59,637 bases of DNA from Cyanophora paradoxa CCMP329 (Eukaryota; Plantae; Glaucophyta): NCBI GenBank assembly GCA_004431415.1, contig QPMI01000112.1, positions 1-59,637 on the forward strand, read 5' to 3'. The number at the start of each line of letters is the position of its first letter. Position 1 is the first letter of the stretch. Made by a program: the position numbers and the translations under genes. Shown one piece after another: positions 20,505 to 32,544 of the stretch. A model generated the notes under the pieces. That model was not told the DNA's origin, did not search any database, and saw only the letters and a list, made by a program, of their open reading frames with translations.

Positions 20505-21641
20505 GGCACGCGGCACGTGACCGCTGACCTCATGCCAAGTCAATTCTCAGAGCTGTTATTACTGAGCGGAGGAGGAGGACGATGACGATGAGTAGTTCGA
20601 GTGTGCTCTCGTAGCTATACATCTGCGTATACGTATCCGTATTTATATACGTATACATCTTCCTGCACAAACGTACTACGATATCTGGCACAGTGGCGGA
20701 CGGGGTGAGGGAATTTCTAGTGCGGCGTCAGCCAAGATGGCCTCTCAGTGGACACTAGAATGCCTAAGCTCATACCCTAAAGTGAATTCCCAATCAGCCT
20801 CAAAGGCTCTCCCGTTAGCTACCTCCTCGAAGCTAAATCGAATTTTATTTTTCAACCCCTAAGGTACCCACGCACACGCCCTCCGGCACGTAATAGCAGA
20901 GGGAAACGTGTAAAACGATTTTGGTACACGCACGGCAAAATCAGATCGATCTAGTGAGGGGAAGACGCTAAATACCCATGGAACCGCGGCCCGGAGCGAA
21001 GCGAAGTGGCCGTAAGCGGGGTCCATGGGTGTACAACAAACGCAAGCTTCAGCGCGTTATATGTACAAACTTAAGCTTCATTCAGCGCAAATGTAGAGTT
21101 GAGCCACTAACTTAGTACTTCCCGAATCCGTCTCTAATTTATATTTACCGCACCTCGCAGGCCTCGGTCGCGGTGGCGAAGTCCCCCATGAGGGCGAGGA
21201 GGAGCGGGTAGAAGAGGTGCGCGTCCGTCGGCAGGTTCACCTGACCCCTTGGGCGTGAGCGAGAGAACGGGGGACGCCGCGTAATATATAACTAACGTGA
21301 GCGTGAGCGTAATATAACTAACTAGCTGGCGCCGCCGTCATCCCACATCGCATGCCCCCGGTGCGATAGAAGCGAGGGATTTAGATTAGATCCCGTTAGG
21401 ATAGAGGCGAGGGATAGATAGATCGAGGTAAAAAAGGCGGGTTCACCTGACCCCGGTGCGACCGCCACTTGTCCGGCTCGAGCGAGAGCGCCCTGGCGAG
21501 GAAGAGGCGAGGGATTATAAGGAGCTTAAGAAAGAAAGAAGCTTCTATCAAAGAAGCTCAAGAAGCTTCTATCAAAGAAGCTTTAGATCCGGCTCGAGCG
21601 AGAGCGCCCTGGCCCGGCCCGCGGCCCGCGCCGTCGGCCAC

Positions 21642-21717
21642 GAATTTTTCGGGATCGAACGAATTTTTCGGGATCGAACGAATTTTTCGGGATCGAACGA
21701 ATTTTTCGGGATCGAAC
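21642..21717. repeat. Four tandem 19-bp units GAATTTTTCGGGATCGAAC; variants dispersed to ~24.9 kb
   Basis: Exact 19-nt period. The core GTTCGATCCCG(AA) recurs at ~21995, 22267, 22287, 22434, 22472, 22841-22910 and 24890-24925. Confidence 0.85.
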
Positions 21718-21856
21718 GCAGATGCTGGCCGCGGCCCGCGCCGTCGGCAACGAGCACGCAAGCAACGCCTCGGTGCGGGCCGCGTCGGGTCCGGGTCCGT
21801 TCGCGTTATATGAAACTTAAGAAGCTTCAGTGTAAATGTAGAGTTGAGCTAGTAAC

Positions 21857-24800
21857 TTAGTACTTTCCGAATCCGTCTCTAATTCCTTTGACGCACCGCT
21901 GGTAGAGGTGCGACGCCTCGACGAACTGCCCGTGAGACGCCTTCCGGATCGCCGCCTGGTTCAGCACAATCTGGCGGTCGATCGCGAAAAGTTCGTTCGA
22001 TCCCGAAGCGCGCAACGGATCGGGTTCGAACCACGCGGGCGTTGTTGTCGTCGAGTTGCTCGGCCAGGTCGTGCTGCCACGCCGCGCTCGCCTTTGCCAG
22101 ACCCTTGAACCCCAGCACTGCCCGGGCCGTGGCTGGATTACATTGCTGAATTCTAAAGCGTGCAGATTTGTCGAAGAGCCGCGCGCACGGGAGAGGTACG
22201 TGGAGAAGACGCCGCGGATACGCACGTCCGCGACGGACAGCATCTGCGTTCGAACCCGAAAAATTCGTTCGATCCCGAAAACTTTGTTCGATCCCGAAAG
22301 CTTCGAGGGCGGGGCGGACCTGCTTCGGGGTGCGGATCGAGAGCTCGCACCCGCTGACGAGGGCGTGCGCCGCGCGGCCCAGGGCGCCCTTCGCGTGGAC
22401 TCCCGTGAGCACCGTGACCCTGCGCAAGGTTCGTTCGATCCCGAAAAGTTCGTTCACACCCGAAAATTTTCGTTCGATCCCGAACTAGTACTCGCTATGC
22501 GGATCGCACCACAGGATCAGGACGTAGGATTCGACGAGGGCCGAGCGCGCGTCGCGGTTCTCGGGGCGCAGGTAGAGGCTCGAGCTCGAGCTGCCCAGAG
22601 GCGGGCGCGCCCCCCCGACTTTGAGCGCGATGCGGAGCGTAAGGAAGAGCGTCTCTGCGGGCCGGGCGCGTGCATATGCTCGGACGGGGCGAGGCGCCAG
22701 CGAAGAGAACATGAACTGTAAATTAAATGTGCGGACTGAGGATGTAGAGCGGCGAGCTGAACTTCTCGGGCGCGGGCAGGCGCTCGCCGAGCGTCTCGAT
22801 GCACGCAGCCTGCGGCGGGCTCGTGATCAGTCCGCCGTTCGTTCGATCCCGAACGTTTGTTCGGTCGATCTCGAACGTTCGGTCGATCCCGAACGTTCGG
22901 TCGATCCCGACGCACGGCGAGTTCGACGGCGACGAGAGGGCGGCCGAAGCGATACCTGCGCCCGCGGTCGAGCGTGAGCTCGAGCTCCGCCTCGAGCCGC
23001 GGCGGGCGGCCGCGGTGGGATCTTGGTCCGGACGCACTCGATGAGGCCCCAGATCTGCAGGGAGACAGCGCGGGCGACGCGCCAGCGGTGGCGCTCGGTG
23101 CCCGTGAGCAGCGGGGGCTCGGAGTGGACCATCTCGAGCGGGGGCGGGGCCAGGGCGGCGAGGCTGGCGGGCAGGGGCGGCACGGAGGGGCCCGCGAGGC
23201 GAAGGGCGTCCACCGTCGCTACAAGCGTCGAGTACCTGTGGCGCGCGACGAAGTCAGTCGGACTCTGACAACGCAGACAGACTCTGACAACGAGATCTAG
23301 ACAGACTCCGACGACGCGGACAGACTCTGACAACGCGGACAGACTCTGACAACGCAGACAGACCCAATGCAGATCTAGACAGATCTAGAGCGCTGCGTAG
23401 ACTCTAGACAACGCAGACAGACTCCGGCAATGCAGATCTAGACAGATCTAGAGCGCTGCGTAGACTCTGACAACGCAGACAGACAGACTCGCGCACATGC
23501 GGACGCTCTCCGGTAGGGCGTTGTTGCGGAGCGCCTGCTGCGCCGCCCGCTCCAAGTGCCCGAGCGCCCTGCCGCGCGCGCGCGCGCGCGCGCCCCGTCG
23601 GGCCGAGCGGCATAGAGCGCGCTGCGGCTGCTCGCGGGCGCACCGGAGGGCTTCCCCGGCGAGGCGCCAGTGGCGAGAGAGGATCGCGGGATCCGAGTCG
23701 GGGCGCACTTCCTGCGCGGCGGTACCTTAATAAGCTTAGGCTTAATACAATCTTAAGCTTAATATAAGGCGCGCAGCCGCTCAATATGAGCTTAAGCTTC
23801 TTCTCTTGCGTTGTATGTGGAGGGCGGCGGATCCGATCCGATGCGGACGGCCCTCGCGCTTCTTAAGCTTCCTAATGATCTTCTCTCTCGTTAAATTTAG
23901 AGGGCGGCGGATCCGGATCCGATGCGGACGGACCTCGAGCCACCGGGCGACGCGGGCGTGGATCGCGCGGCGGGCCTCGCGGGGCAGCGCGCCGTACACG
24001 GCGTCCCGCGCCAGCGAGTGCACGAACGCGAACGGCGCGCCCGCGCGCGGCTTGGGCGATGCCGACTGCCCGCCGAGGGCCGAGGGCCGAGGCCGAGGCC
24101 ACGGACTGCCTGGGCCCGCTGAGCGCCCCCGGACGGCCTTCGCCGGCCGCCGCCGCCTCGTCGTCGTCGTCGTCGGCCAACGCGTTCGATTCGCACGCTC
24201 GCTCCTGCGAAACGCTCCCGCGTTACCGTCGAGCGCCCGAGGGGCCATGGCCACGGTCGATCCCGAAATTAAAGTAAAGTTGTTGCGTGCAGTGTGAGGA
24301 CCCGGGATGATTCGGGGAATCACTAGCCTCTCGCGAGATGGCCTATTGGTAGAACTGCCGCCTTGACACCCCTTAGTCGTTGGTTCGACTCCGGCTGGGT
24401 CCGGGTCGCAACGCGTCCATAACATGGGGGCTGCTAACGGACCTGGTTCGACTCCCGACGAGGGATAGACCGGGCTTCGAATCCCACGCGGGGCGCTAGG
24501 AAGCGCTGGCTGAGGGCCGCTGCATCGCGGTACCCCGATAAGCCCGGCACCTGCATCGGTGGCCGCCGAAGAGCCTAGAAACTGCGCGCACGGAAAAAAG
24601 CGGCAGTTGCGGCTGTGTGAAGTGGGTGTCACGTGCGGCATGTGACCGAGGTTGAGATCGCGAGTTGTGAGGTGAAATGCAGCAATGGAACCGCACGGAA
24701 GGATCTCGGGGTCGAGATCACCGTGGCGGGGGGGATGTTGCGTGCAGTGTGAGGACCCGGGATGATTCGGGGAATCACTAGCCTCTCGCGAGATGGCCTA

Positions 24801-27800
24801 TTGGTAGAACTGCCGCCTTGACACCCCTTAGTCGTTGGTTCGACTCCGGCTGGGTCCGGGTCGCAACGCGTCCATAACAAAGTTCATTCGTTCGATCCCG
24901 AAAAGAAGCGTTCGATCCCGAAAAGAGCGTACCACGACGAAGCCGGCGCGGCGGAGGGCGCGAAGGGCGCGCCGCGCGGTGTCGACGGGCAGTGCCCGCG
25001 GGTCGGCGACGGCGAGCGACTCGGCCGTGAAGCCCTCCTCGAACACCGACGCCACCTTGAGCGCCGCCTGCGCGGAAATCCCGACGGAATTCGAAGCGAT
25101 TCAGAGGCGGCGCGGACAGAATGAGCACTGCTGATCGCGAAAAAGCTTGCCTGCTCGAAGCTGGAGAGGCGGTCGGCGCGGGAGAGTACGATCTGCCCCA
25201 CGGTCTCCGGCACGGCGAACGAGGCGCCCGCGCCCCCGCCGGCGCCCGCGCCCGCGCCCGCGCCGGCGCCGGCGCCGGCGCCCGCGCCCGCGGCCGCGCC
25301 CGCGGGCGCTTCGAAGTCCGACCGCTGCCGCACGGAGCGGAGCAGCTCGACTAGGAACAGGGGCACGCCCCCCGCCTTCGCCACCACCGCTTCCTCCACG
25401 CCCTGCAATAATTTGAGTCTGTAAGTAAAAGAAAGCAGGGAGTAGCTTGATTAGTTGTGCTCATAAAAAGGGCGCACGGGGGGCAGGGAGACTCCCATCG
25501 ACAGGCAGAGGCTCTGCGGTAGGCTCAGGCTCAGGCCAAGGTCGGCGGAGGAAACTATCAAAGTCTAACGGGATAGCAAACGCGGGAGGCGGGGGCGGGG
25601 GCGGACCGTGAGGAGTGCGGAGGACGCTTCGGGCGAGAGGGGCCCCAGGCGGACGAGGGCGACGTCAACGGTGGAGCCCAGCGGCGGCAGGCGGTTGGCC
25701 CGCGGGCCGGCGCCGGCGTCCTGGGCGGGATACGCGGCGGCGGCCCGATTGGAGGCGGAGGCGGCGGCAGAGGCGGAGGCGGGGGCCGGGGCGGAGGCGT
25801 CGAGCAGGAGCTGGCCCGCCTCGTCCACCAGCTGGCCCGAGAGGAGCAGGAAGTCGCGGTGGGGCGCGGCGGCCGGGCGCGTCGTGAGGACGAGGAGGAG
25901 GCGCGGGCACGAGTCCCGCACGCAGCGCGCCACGAAGAACGAGGCGGAGTCCATCCAGTGGCAGTCCTCAAGCTGTAATTTCAAGTTAAATTTCGAGGGC
26001 GCGGCGCTAAACGTAAGCGGCTACGTAAACGGGCCGGCGACGATTTCGTTTGGTAGAGAGCACGAACCATAACGGCGACGGGGCGGCGGCGCCAGCGTTG
26101 GGAGGATCCGGAGTCTCCGCCCCCGCCTCCGTGAGGCGCGCCCGGCCCCTCGCGCTCCACAGCCAGGAGGATCCTGCGCACGGGCGGAGCGCGCACGTTA
26201 GGGGCGCCAGCTGCAGGGCAGGGCGACTGCGAGAAGGCTCGGGCACCTGGAGAGGGCGTTGGCGACGCCGACGATGGCCATACCGGCGACGAGGTTCCGG
26301 GGGCGGCGCATCGCCCCCTCCGGCCCGGATCCGGACTCGCGGTCGGTCCCGGGCCTGGAGGAGCGCCCGCGGTACGATTGCTGTCCGTACTGCACCGGAC
26401 CCAAACCCGGATCCGCCGCCTCGACCTCGACCTCGGCGTCGGCGTCGGGATCGAAGACGGGCTCGGGATCGACGGCCGGCTGCGGGCTCGAGCCTGCAAA
26501 GAGGTGGGACCAGAGGAGCGCGGCGTCGGCCGCCGTCGCCGCGCCGCGCTGCGCGGCACCGTGGTCGTGAGGCGAATCGAAGCGGAGGAGGCGGAGGCGG
26601 GGGCGGGAATGCTGTAGCAAGTTATGGTTCTTATTAGTGTTGTAGGTGCTTTGTTGTTGTTGTTGTTGTTGTAGTGTGGTTATGGTTTCTTCTATGCATA
26701 TGTTGTTTAGAAAAGGCGAGGCCGGGCCCGGGCGCAGAGGAGAAAAGGAGGAGGAGGGTGCGGAGGCGGCGGCGAGGCCGGGCCCGGGCCCGGGCGCACG
26801 GAGGCGAGGTCGCGGGCGAAGGAGGCCTCGGACGACGTGTCGGCGACGCCGGCGAGCACGCCGCGGAACGGCCACAGCGGCGTGGACTCCTGCAAAGCTG
26901 AGCTTTAGAGGACCGAGTTCGAAGGGCGGGCACATTTAATTTGCACGTATGGGGCGGGCGGGGCGGCGGGGGGGGGCGGGGGGCCGGGGGGGGAGGGGGG
27001 TACCTCGATGGCGGAGGCGGAGCCGCGGAGGACGAGGAAGCGGCGGGCCGCGCACAGCGCCTCCACCTCCTCCAGCATCCGCGTCTGCGGCGCGCCTCTG
27101 ACTCAGACAGAGGCTAATTATCAAGCTTAAGCTCCAAATTATACAACGTTTCATTATATTATGAGCGGCTGATTCAAGTGATCATGAGAGGCTAAGGGGG
27201 GCGCCGGGCGCGCGCGCGCGCGCGTGCCTTGCCGAAGCCAGCGTCCCCTTCGATGACGAGGGTCGCCCCGCGCCCGAGCGACGCCGCCGCCTCCACCGCC
27301 GCCCGCACCCGCCCCAGCTCCTCGTCCCTGCGCGCCCGCCCGCCCGCAGATAATTAGATCCCGCCCGCTCCACCGCGAGGCTACAGTTAGATGTATGTAT
27401 ACGGCGGCGGATTCGGATCGGACCGGCCGAGGCAGGCGGCGGGGTGTACGTGGTCATCGTCCCCACCCGGCCTGGATCGAGACACCCGGCGGTCCCGCCG
27501 CCGCTCCGCCGCCGTGCGCGGCCGGTACGCCGGGACCGGCTCCGCGTAGCCCTTGGCCCGCACGGGGGGTACAGCCTCCAAGTAAAGGTCCTGGCGCGAT
27601 CGCGGTCTCGAATTCACGAAGAACTCTTTTGAATGCGCCGAGAAATTCAAATGGCGTCGCGCGCACGGGGGAGCGGCCGCGCGCCGCAATGGCCTTGAAG
27701 ACGCTCGCGTCGCAGAGGACTTCCTGCACGCGTGGCAGAGCATTTAATTAGAGAATCGGATCGCAAATGAGCCGTATACGTATATGAGAACAGCGAGCGT

Positions 27801-30800
27801 AGCTTGAGCTGACCTGGATTCGACCCATTTCCGACCCGGGATTAAGCATGGCGAACCCGCGCCCGTGGGCAGGGGCCTCGGCTCTCGCCGCTCCGATGGC
27901 GGCCCGCGCCGCGCCCATGAGCCGGGCGGCCAGGATCTGCGTGCCTGGGATCAAATCCAGAGCCCGCCTGGCCCTGGCCGCGGCCGGGGGCCGAGCGGGC
28001 GGGCGGGTCGCGATCGATCGCACCACCGAGTCGCCGATCTGCGCGATAGCGGATTAACGGAGCTGCATGGGCGGGGGTGCGTATCTACAGAATGGTTTGG
28101 CTCACGAGGGCGTATTCCTTGCGGCAGGGCGCGCCCAGCGAGCCGCAGAAGGTCCGCCCCGACGCGATCTGGCGCCGCCGCGCGCATTTCATTCAGCCCG
28201 CGCCGTGCTGCAAAGCTGAAGGGCGGGACGAGGACCGGGACGCACGCCGCAGGCGAAAGGGGCGCCGCCCTCCTCGAACCAGTCGCGGAGGGCGAGGGCG
28301 GCCCGCACGGCCCGAGCCGCGTCGTCCTCGTGGGTCGCCCCGGGCAGCCCGAACGCCACGATCGCCAGCGCGCCCTGCGCGAAGGCGCGCGCGCGCGCGC
28401 GCGCGGGCCGCTCATGATCAGAAATCGAAGCCAGGGAAAGGAAATATATATTCGAATTGATGACGACTGCCGGCGCCGGCGAGACCAACGATCCGAATTA
28501 AGATAACATCGTGAATGATTTTTGTTAACCAAGGATCCGAATTAAGAGAACATCGTAAATGATTTATTCTTGCTAAACAATTGCAAGGACCGGATCCATC
28601 CAAACAAAGCGAACCTTGTCATCGTAGATGATTTTGTTGACGGCGCCATCGAACTCCTGCGCCACGCGGTGCACGGAGCGCACCACCTGCGCGGGCGGCG
28701 GCGGTGAGGAGATCTAGAGCCCGGAGGAGGAGGGGCGGAGGAGGGGCCGCCCTTCCCGAACCGCGCGGCGCGGATGGTACTCTTATAAGCTTCTAGAGCT
28801 TAGCTCTTATAAGCCTGAGCTTAGCTCTGCGCAGGCAGCGGCGGCGAGGAGATCTAGAGCCCGGAGGAGGAGGGGTGGGGCGGGGCGCGGCGCCGGCGGG
28901 CCGCCCGAGCTAGATCGAGAAGAGCGGCGCCCTAGAGGAGAGCCCAGGCGGGCCGCCCGAGCTAGATCTAGCCGCAGCGGCGGTGAGAAGCGCCGAGCTA
29001 GATCGAGAAGAGCGGCGCCCTAGAGGACGGGTGGCGGCGGGGCGCGGCGCCGGCGGGCGGGCCGCCTGCGGCCGGCCCACCTTCCCGAACCGCGCGGCGC
29101 GGATGTTGCTCTTTTGAGCTTCTAGAGCTTAGCTCCTATAAGCTGAATCATTAACAACATTAAGCTTATAAGCTATTATAAGCTCTTATGTTAACAACTA
29201 GCGTAGCTAATTATAATGCACCTTCCCGAACCGGGCGGCGTGGACGTTGACAGCCTCGGCCGAGTCGTCCAGCGGCCCCTCGCCGAAGTCTCGGTCCCGG
29301 TCCAGCTCGGGGAAGCTCGCTGCGCAGAAGCTCAATATCTAAATTTAGAAGCTCGCCGAGGCCTAGGGGGAATCTCGGGAAAGCTCGCTGCGCAGGATCT
29401 AGATTTAAAGCTTGGATACAGCTCGCTGCTGCAGCTTCGCGAATCTAAGCTCCGGAAAGCTAAGCAGCAGCAGCAGCAGCGAGCTGTATCCAAGCTCTAA
29501 ATTTGGATCTTAAGATTCGCTAAAGCAGCTTAGCTACGGAAGCTGAAGGCGCCGCCCCGCGATCGCGGCGGGCCGGGCCGGGGGCGGGAGCTCGCCGAGG
29601 GCGGGCGCGCGAAATCTAAATCTAGAGCTCGTTGAGCCGAAGCGTTCTTTCTTAAAGCACCATAGAAATCGAAATCTAAAGAGACACTCGAAGCTTAAGG
29701 GCCGAATTTCGGGTTTCGAACCGAAGACGTGGAAGACGGTGCGGATGTCGGCCCCCCACAGCGGGTTCGAGGACGCCAGCTCGGCGCCTGCGGCGATCGC
29801 GAGCTCGAGTCGGGCGCGCGCGCAGCTGCAGCGAAGAAAGAGGAAGAAGGGCCGGGCAGGGCCGGGCCGGGGCGGAACAAGCTGCTAGGGCTTATAAGCT
29901 TCTATAAGATTTCCACGTGGTTTGTTATTAGGGCTTATAAGCTTTTATAAGCTTCTATAAGATTTCGACGGGGCGGGCCGGGCCGCACGCGGGGCGAGGG
30001 TGAGCAGGCGGTCAAGGACGGGCGCGAGGGCCGCTTCGGCGTCGGCGGCGCCGGCCGGCCTCGGCGCGCCGCACCCGCAGAGATCCGAGGCGGGGGCGGG
30101 GGCGGGCGCGGGGGCTGGGGCGGGGCGAGGGGTGGGGCGGGGACGGGGGGCGCGAGGGCGTCCGGGACGGCGGAAAAAAATTCGGGAAAAAAGAATTCGA
30201 AGGTGCGAAGCGGACGAGGCGGTGGAGGGGCCGGCCGCCCGGCGCGGCCGGCGGCAGCGGGCGGCTCTCGAAGTCGGCGCCGGCGCCGGCGGGCGCGCCC
30301 CGATCGCGATCCAGCAGCGCCCGCGCCTCGTCCGTCAGAACGATGTCGTCGCCCCGCGACGCCCGCTGCGCCGCCGCCGCTGCGCCGGCGCTCAGCGGCC
30401 CCCGCGCGCCGTACCCCCCCCCCCTTAAAAGCTGTACCCTGGAGGACGAGGTCTCCTGCGTAGAGGGCCTGGAACTGCCCCGCGGCCGCCCGCAGGAGGT
30501 ACACGAGCATCGTACCCGCCCCGACGCCTGCCGGGAGTCAGGTGAGCCCGAACAGGGGGGGGATCTAGAGCTCCAGGCGTACCCGTGTGGGCGGAGAGGC
30601 GCGCGCCGGCGCGCTCGAATCCGATGGCGCGGACTTCGAGGGCCGCCTGGACCGCGGCGGCCGCCGCCTGGCGCAGCCCCTCAGCTCCCGCGCTTGGCGC
30701 CGCGAGGAACGCCAGAACGGAGTCCCCTGCAGCGTCGGCTCGGCGCGGCGCGGCAGCGACAGCGGCGCGGGCTGGCCGCGCTGGCCCGGGCCGGGCCGGG

Positions 30801-31326
30801 CCGGGCAGGGGCGCGCGGACCTGCGAACTGCAGAATCTCGGCCCCGCGAGCGTGGAGGGTCCGAATGAGCTGCAACATGTACTCGTTGAGTGTCTTCCGG
30901 AGCTGCGGGGCGCAGGCGTGAGCGGCGGCGGAGGCAAATGCAGTTCGCGACCGGAGCGATTTGCAAGCACGCCTCTTCTGCCGCCGACGCGGCGCCATTG
31001 AGAGAGAAGCTCTGTGCAAAGGCAGTAAAGCCAGTCACTGTGACGCACGGGCCGGGGGAGAAACGTGAGCACAAGGGAAAGGGCGGGCCGGGAGCGTGAG
31101 CGTTCGGCGTTTCGCGGGAGGGGGGGGGCGCAAACGAACCATCCACCAGCAGCGCGGCCCCCTGCAGCTCGACGATCTCCTCCTCTTTCGCCTCGAGCTC
31201 GCCATATGCATCGGCAACGGCTCCGGCGAGCAGCGGCGCAGCCGCCGCGAGCACCCGCGCGGGAATGTACGGGAACGGAGGCGCCGAGGGCGCCGGCGGC
31301 GCCGGCGGCGCCTGCTGTCGCTGCAT
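21857..31326 (-). CDS. Host multi-exon soluble-adenylyl-cyclase-like gene (tandem class III cyclase domains, P-loop NTPase/STAND region, helical C-terminus)
   Basis: Exon fragments in order on the minus strand: GAALLVD/VTGFTA, LNEYMLQLI...EILQFA/GDSVLA, EFDGAVNKIIYDDK, VAFGLPGATHEDDAARAV, LAARLM, EVLCD, LVIEGDAGFGK (Walker A), LEDCHWMD (Walker B), GGVPLFLVEL, VPETVGQIVLSRADRL, FVHSLARDAVY. Separated by GT/GC-AG introns. Start and exact exon borders are uncertain. Confidence 0.8.
23258..23490. repeat. Intronic minisatellite (CAGACTCTGACAACG / CAGATCTAGA units)
   Basis: Repeated cagactctgacaacg and a duplicated caatgcagatctagacagatctagagcgctgcgtagactct. Confidence 0.75.
24281..24879 (+). mobile_element. 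TRIM (miniature non-autonomous LTR retrotransposon) with tRNA-like LTRs
   Basis: Apparently identical 144-bp repeats at 24281..24424 and 24736..24879, each TGTT...AACA. PBS-like TGGGGGCT immediately after the 5' LTR; G-rich PPT-like tract before the 3' LTR; 4-bp AAGT on both flanks. Lies in a host intron. Confidence 0.85.
24339..24392 (+). promoter_or_regulatory. Pol III internal promoter (A box TGGCCTATTGG, B box GGTTCGACTCC) inside the LTR; repeated at 24794..24847
   Basis: Box spacing of ~43 nt matches tRNA geometry. T-arm GTTGG/TTCGACT/CCGGC folds; the anticodon stem does not. Confidence 0.7.
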
Positions 31327-32544
31327 CGATGAGCCCCCGACGTCTCCGGCAGCTAACACTGCAGCTGTGTCCGGAGCTCCAGCGCTTGGAAGCTAAAGCG
31401 TCTACAATCGCGACCTGGACGGAGCGAGCAGGCGCGGTATTCTCACGGATGCTGATGCCGGCGATTCTCTCGAGCTCGGCCAGCGCTTCCTTGCCGGCGA
31501 TGCTGAGTACTGTGGTACGGTGTGGGCCGTGTGGCGCTGCTACGTATACGCTGGAGGCGCGCGGGCGCCGGGCGTTCACCCCCGCGGGCCGCGCCGCGTG
31601 CTGCGCGTCGGGCCGCGCTGCGCGCGTGTACATGTTGCGCGTCCGACGGTCATGGCCAGCATCACTGCATCAGATTGAAGCTTTTGGGCAATCGCGAGTC
31701 GCGACGGCGCCGGCGCGGCAGCGGTGCAGTGGCCCAGTACGTGGTGCGGCACTGGTGCCACGGTGTGCGGCGTGGGCCGCGCCGGGGCCGCGTGGCGCGC
31801 CGGCGCCGGCGCCCGCGCGGGCCGCGCCGCGCCGGCGCTTTTGCGCAAGCGCGCCGGCGCTTTTGCGCATGAAGGTTTGGGGGTACACCCCAAGAAGAGC
31901 CGGCCTATCGGCGACGACTTGCGCAATTGCAACGAACGCGAGTGGCTTGCTAAAAACACTACTCGCGAATCGCGAATTGGCCGGCGTGATCGCCGACCGA
32001 GTCGCGCCGCGCGCGCACATATGCATATGCATGTGCGGCGATTCTAGAGTCTAGACTAGTAGCAGTGCGACTCCTGCGAGACTGGAACGTTTAACAGTCT
32101 GGAAGGGCACTTGTACTCGAGCCTCAATGCATGGCCATTGAGAAATAAGTCTTAAAGATAAGATTTTTTTTTTTGGTGAATTACCGGCCACAGTCTCTAG
32201 ACACCAGCACTGCGGGGGCTGCCCAGGGGGCATAAAGACAAAAAAGCAAAATAACTAAGACAAGAGCACGAAGAAAGATAAGACAAAGAGCCAAAATCGA
32301 CAATAAAAAAGGAAAGACACAGAGCTCGAGACAGATCGATAGCGAGAAGAGACGATAAATCGAGCAGATCTAGGGACAGAGGATAACTGACACGAAGAAG
32401 AGCCAGAGCTAGAGATACCATCAATATCAGAAGGAATTACATCACTAAGAAGCGGGGGACAAAATTGAGAAAGATAAATAACAGGAAGAAGACAAGTAAG
32501 AGGAACAACAAGACGACATGGAGGCGGAGGCGAAGCAGGACGAT

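Noticed and set aside
20689-20700. CACAGTGG as a Transib/RSS-like or hAT terminus
   Set aside because: No matching inverted end or transposase found.
21642-21717. 19-bp repeats as a CRISPR array
   Set aside because: Units are head-to-tail with no unique spacers; no cas genes; eukaryotic context.
24330-24405. Functional tRNA gene (and second copy ~24785-24860)
   Set aside because: Anticodon, D and acceptor stems do not pair properly; better explained as tRNA-derived LTR sequence.
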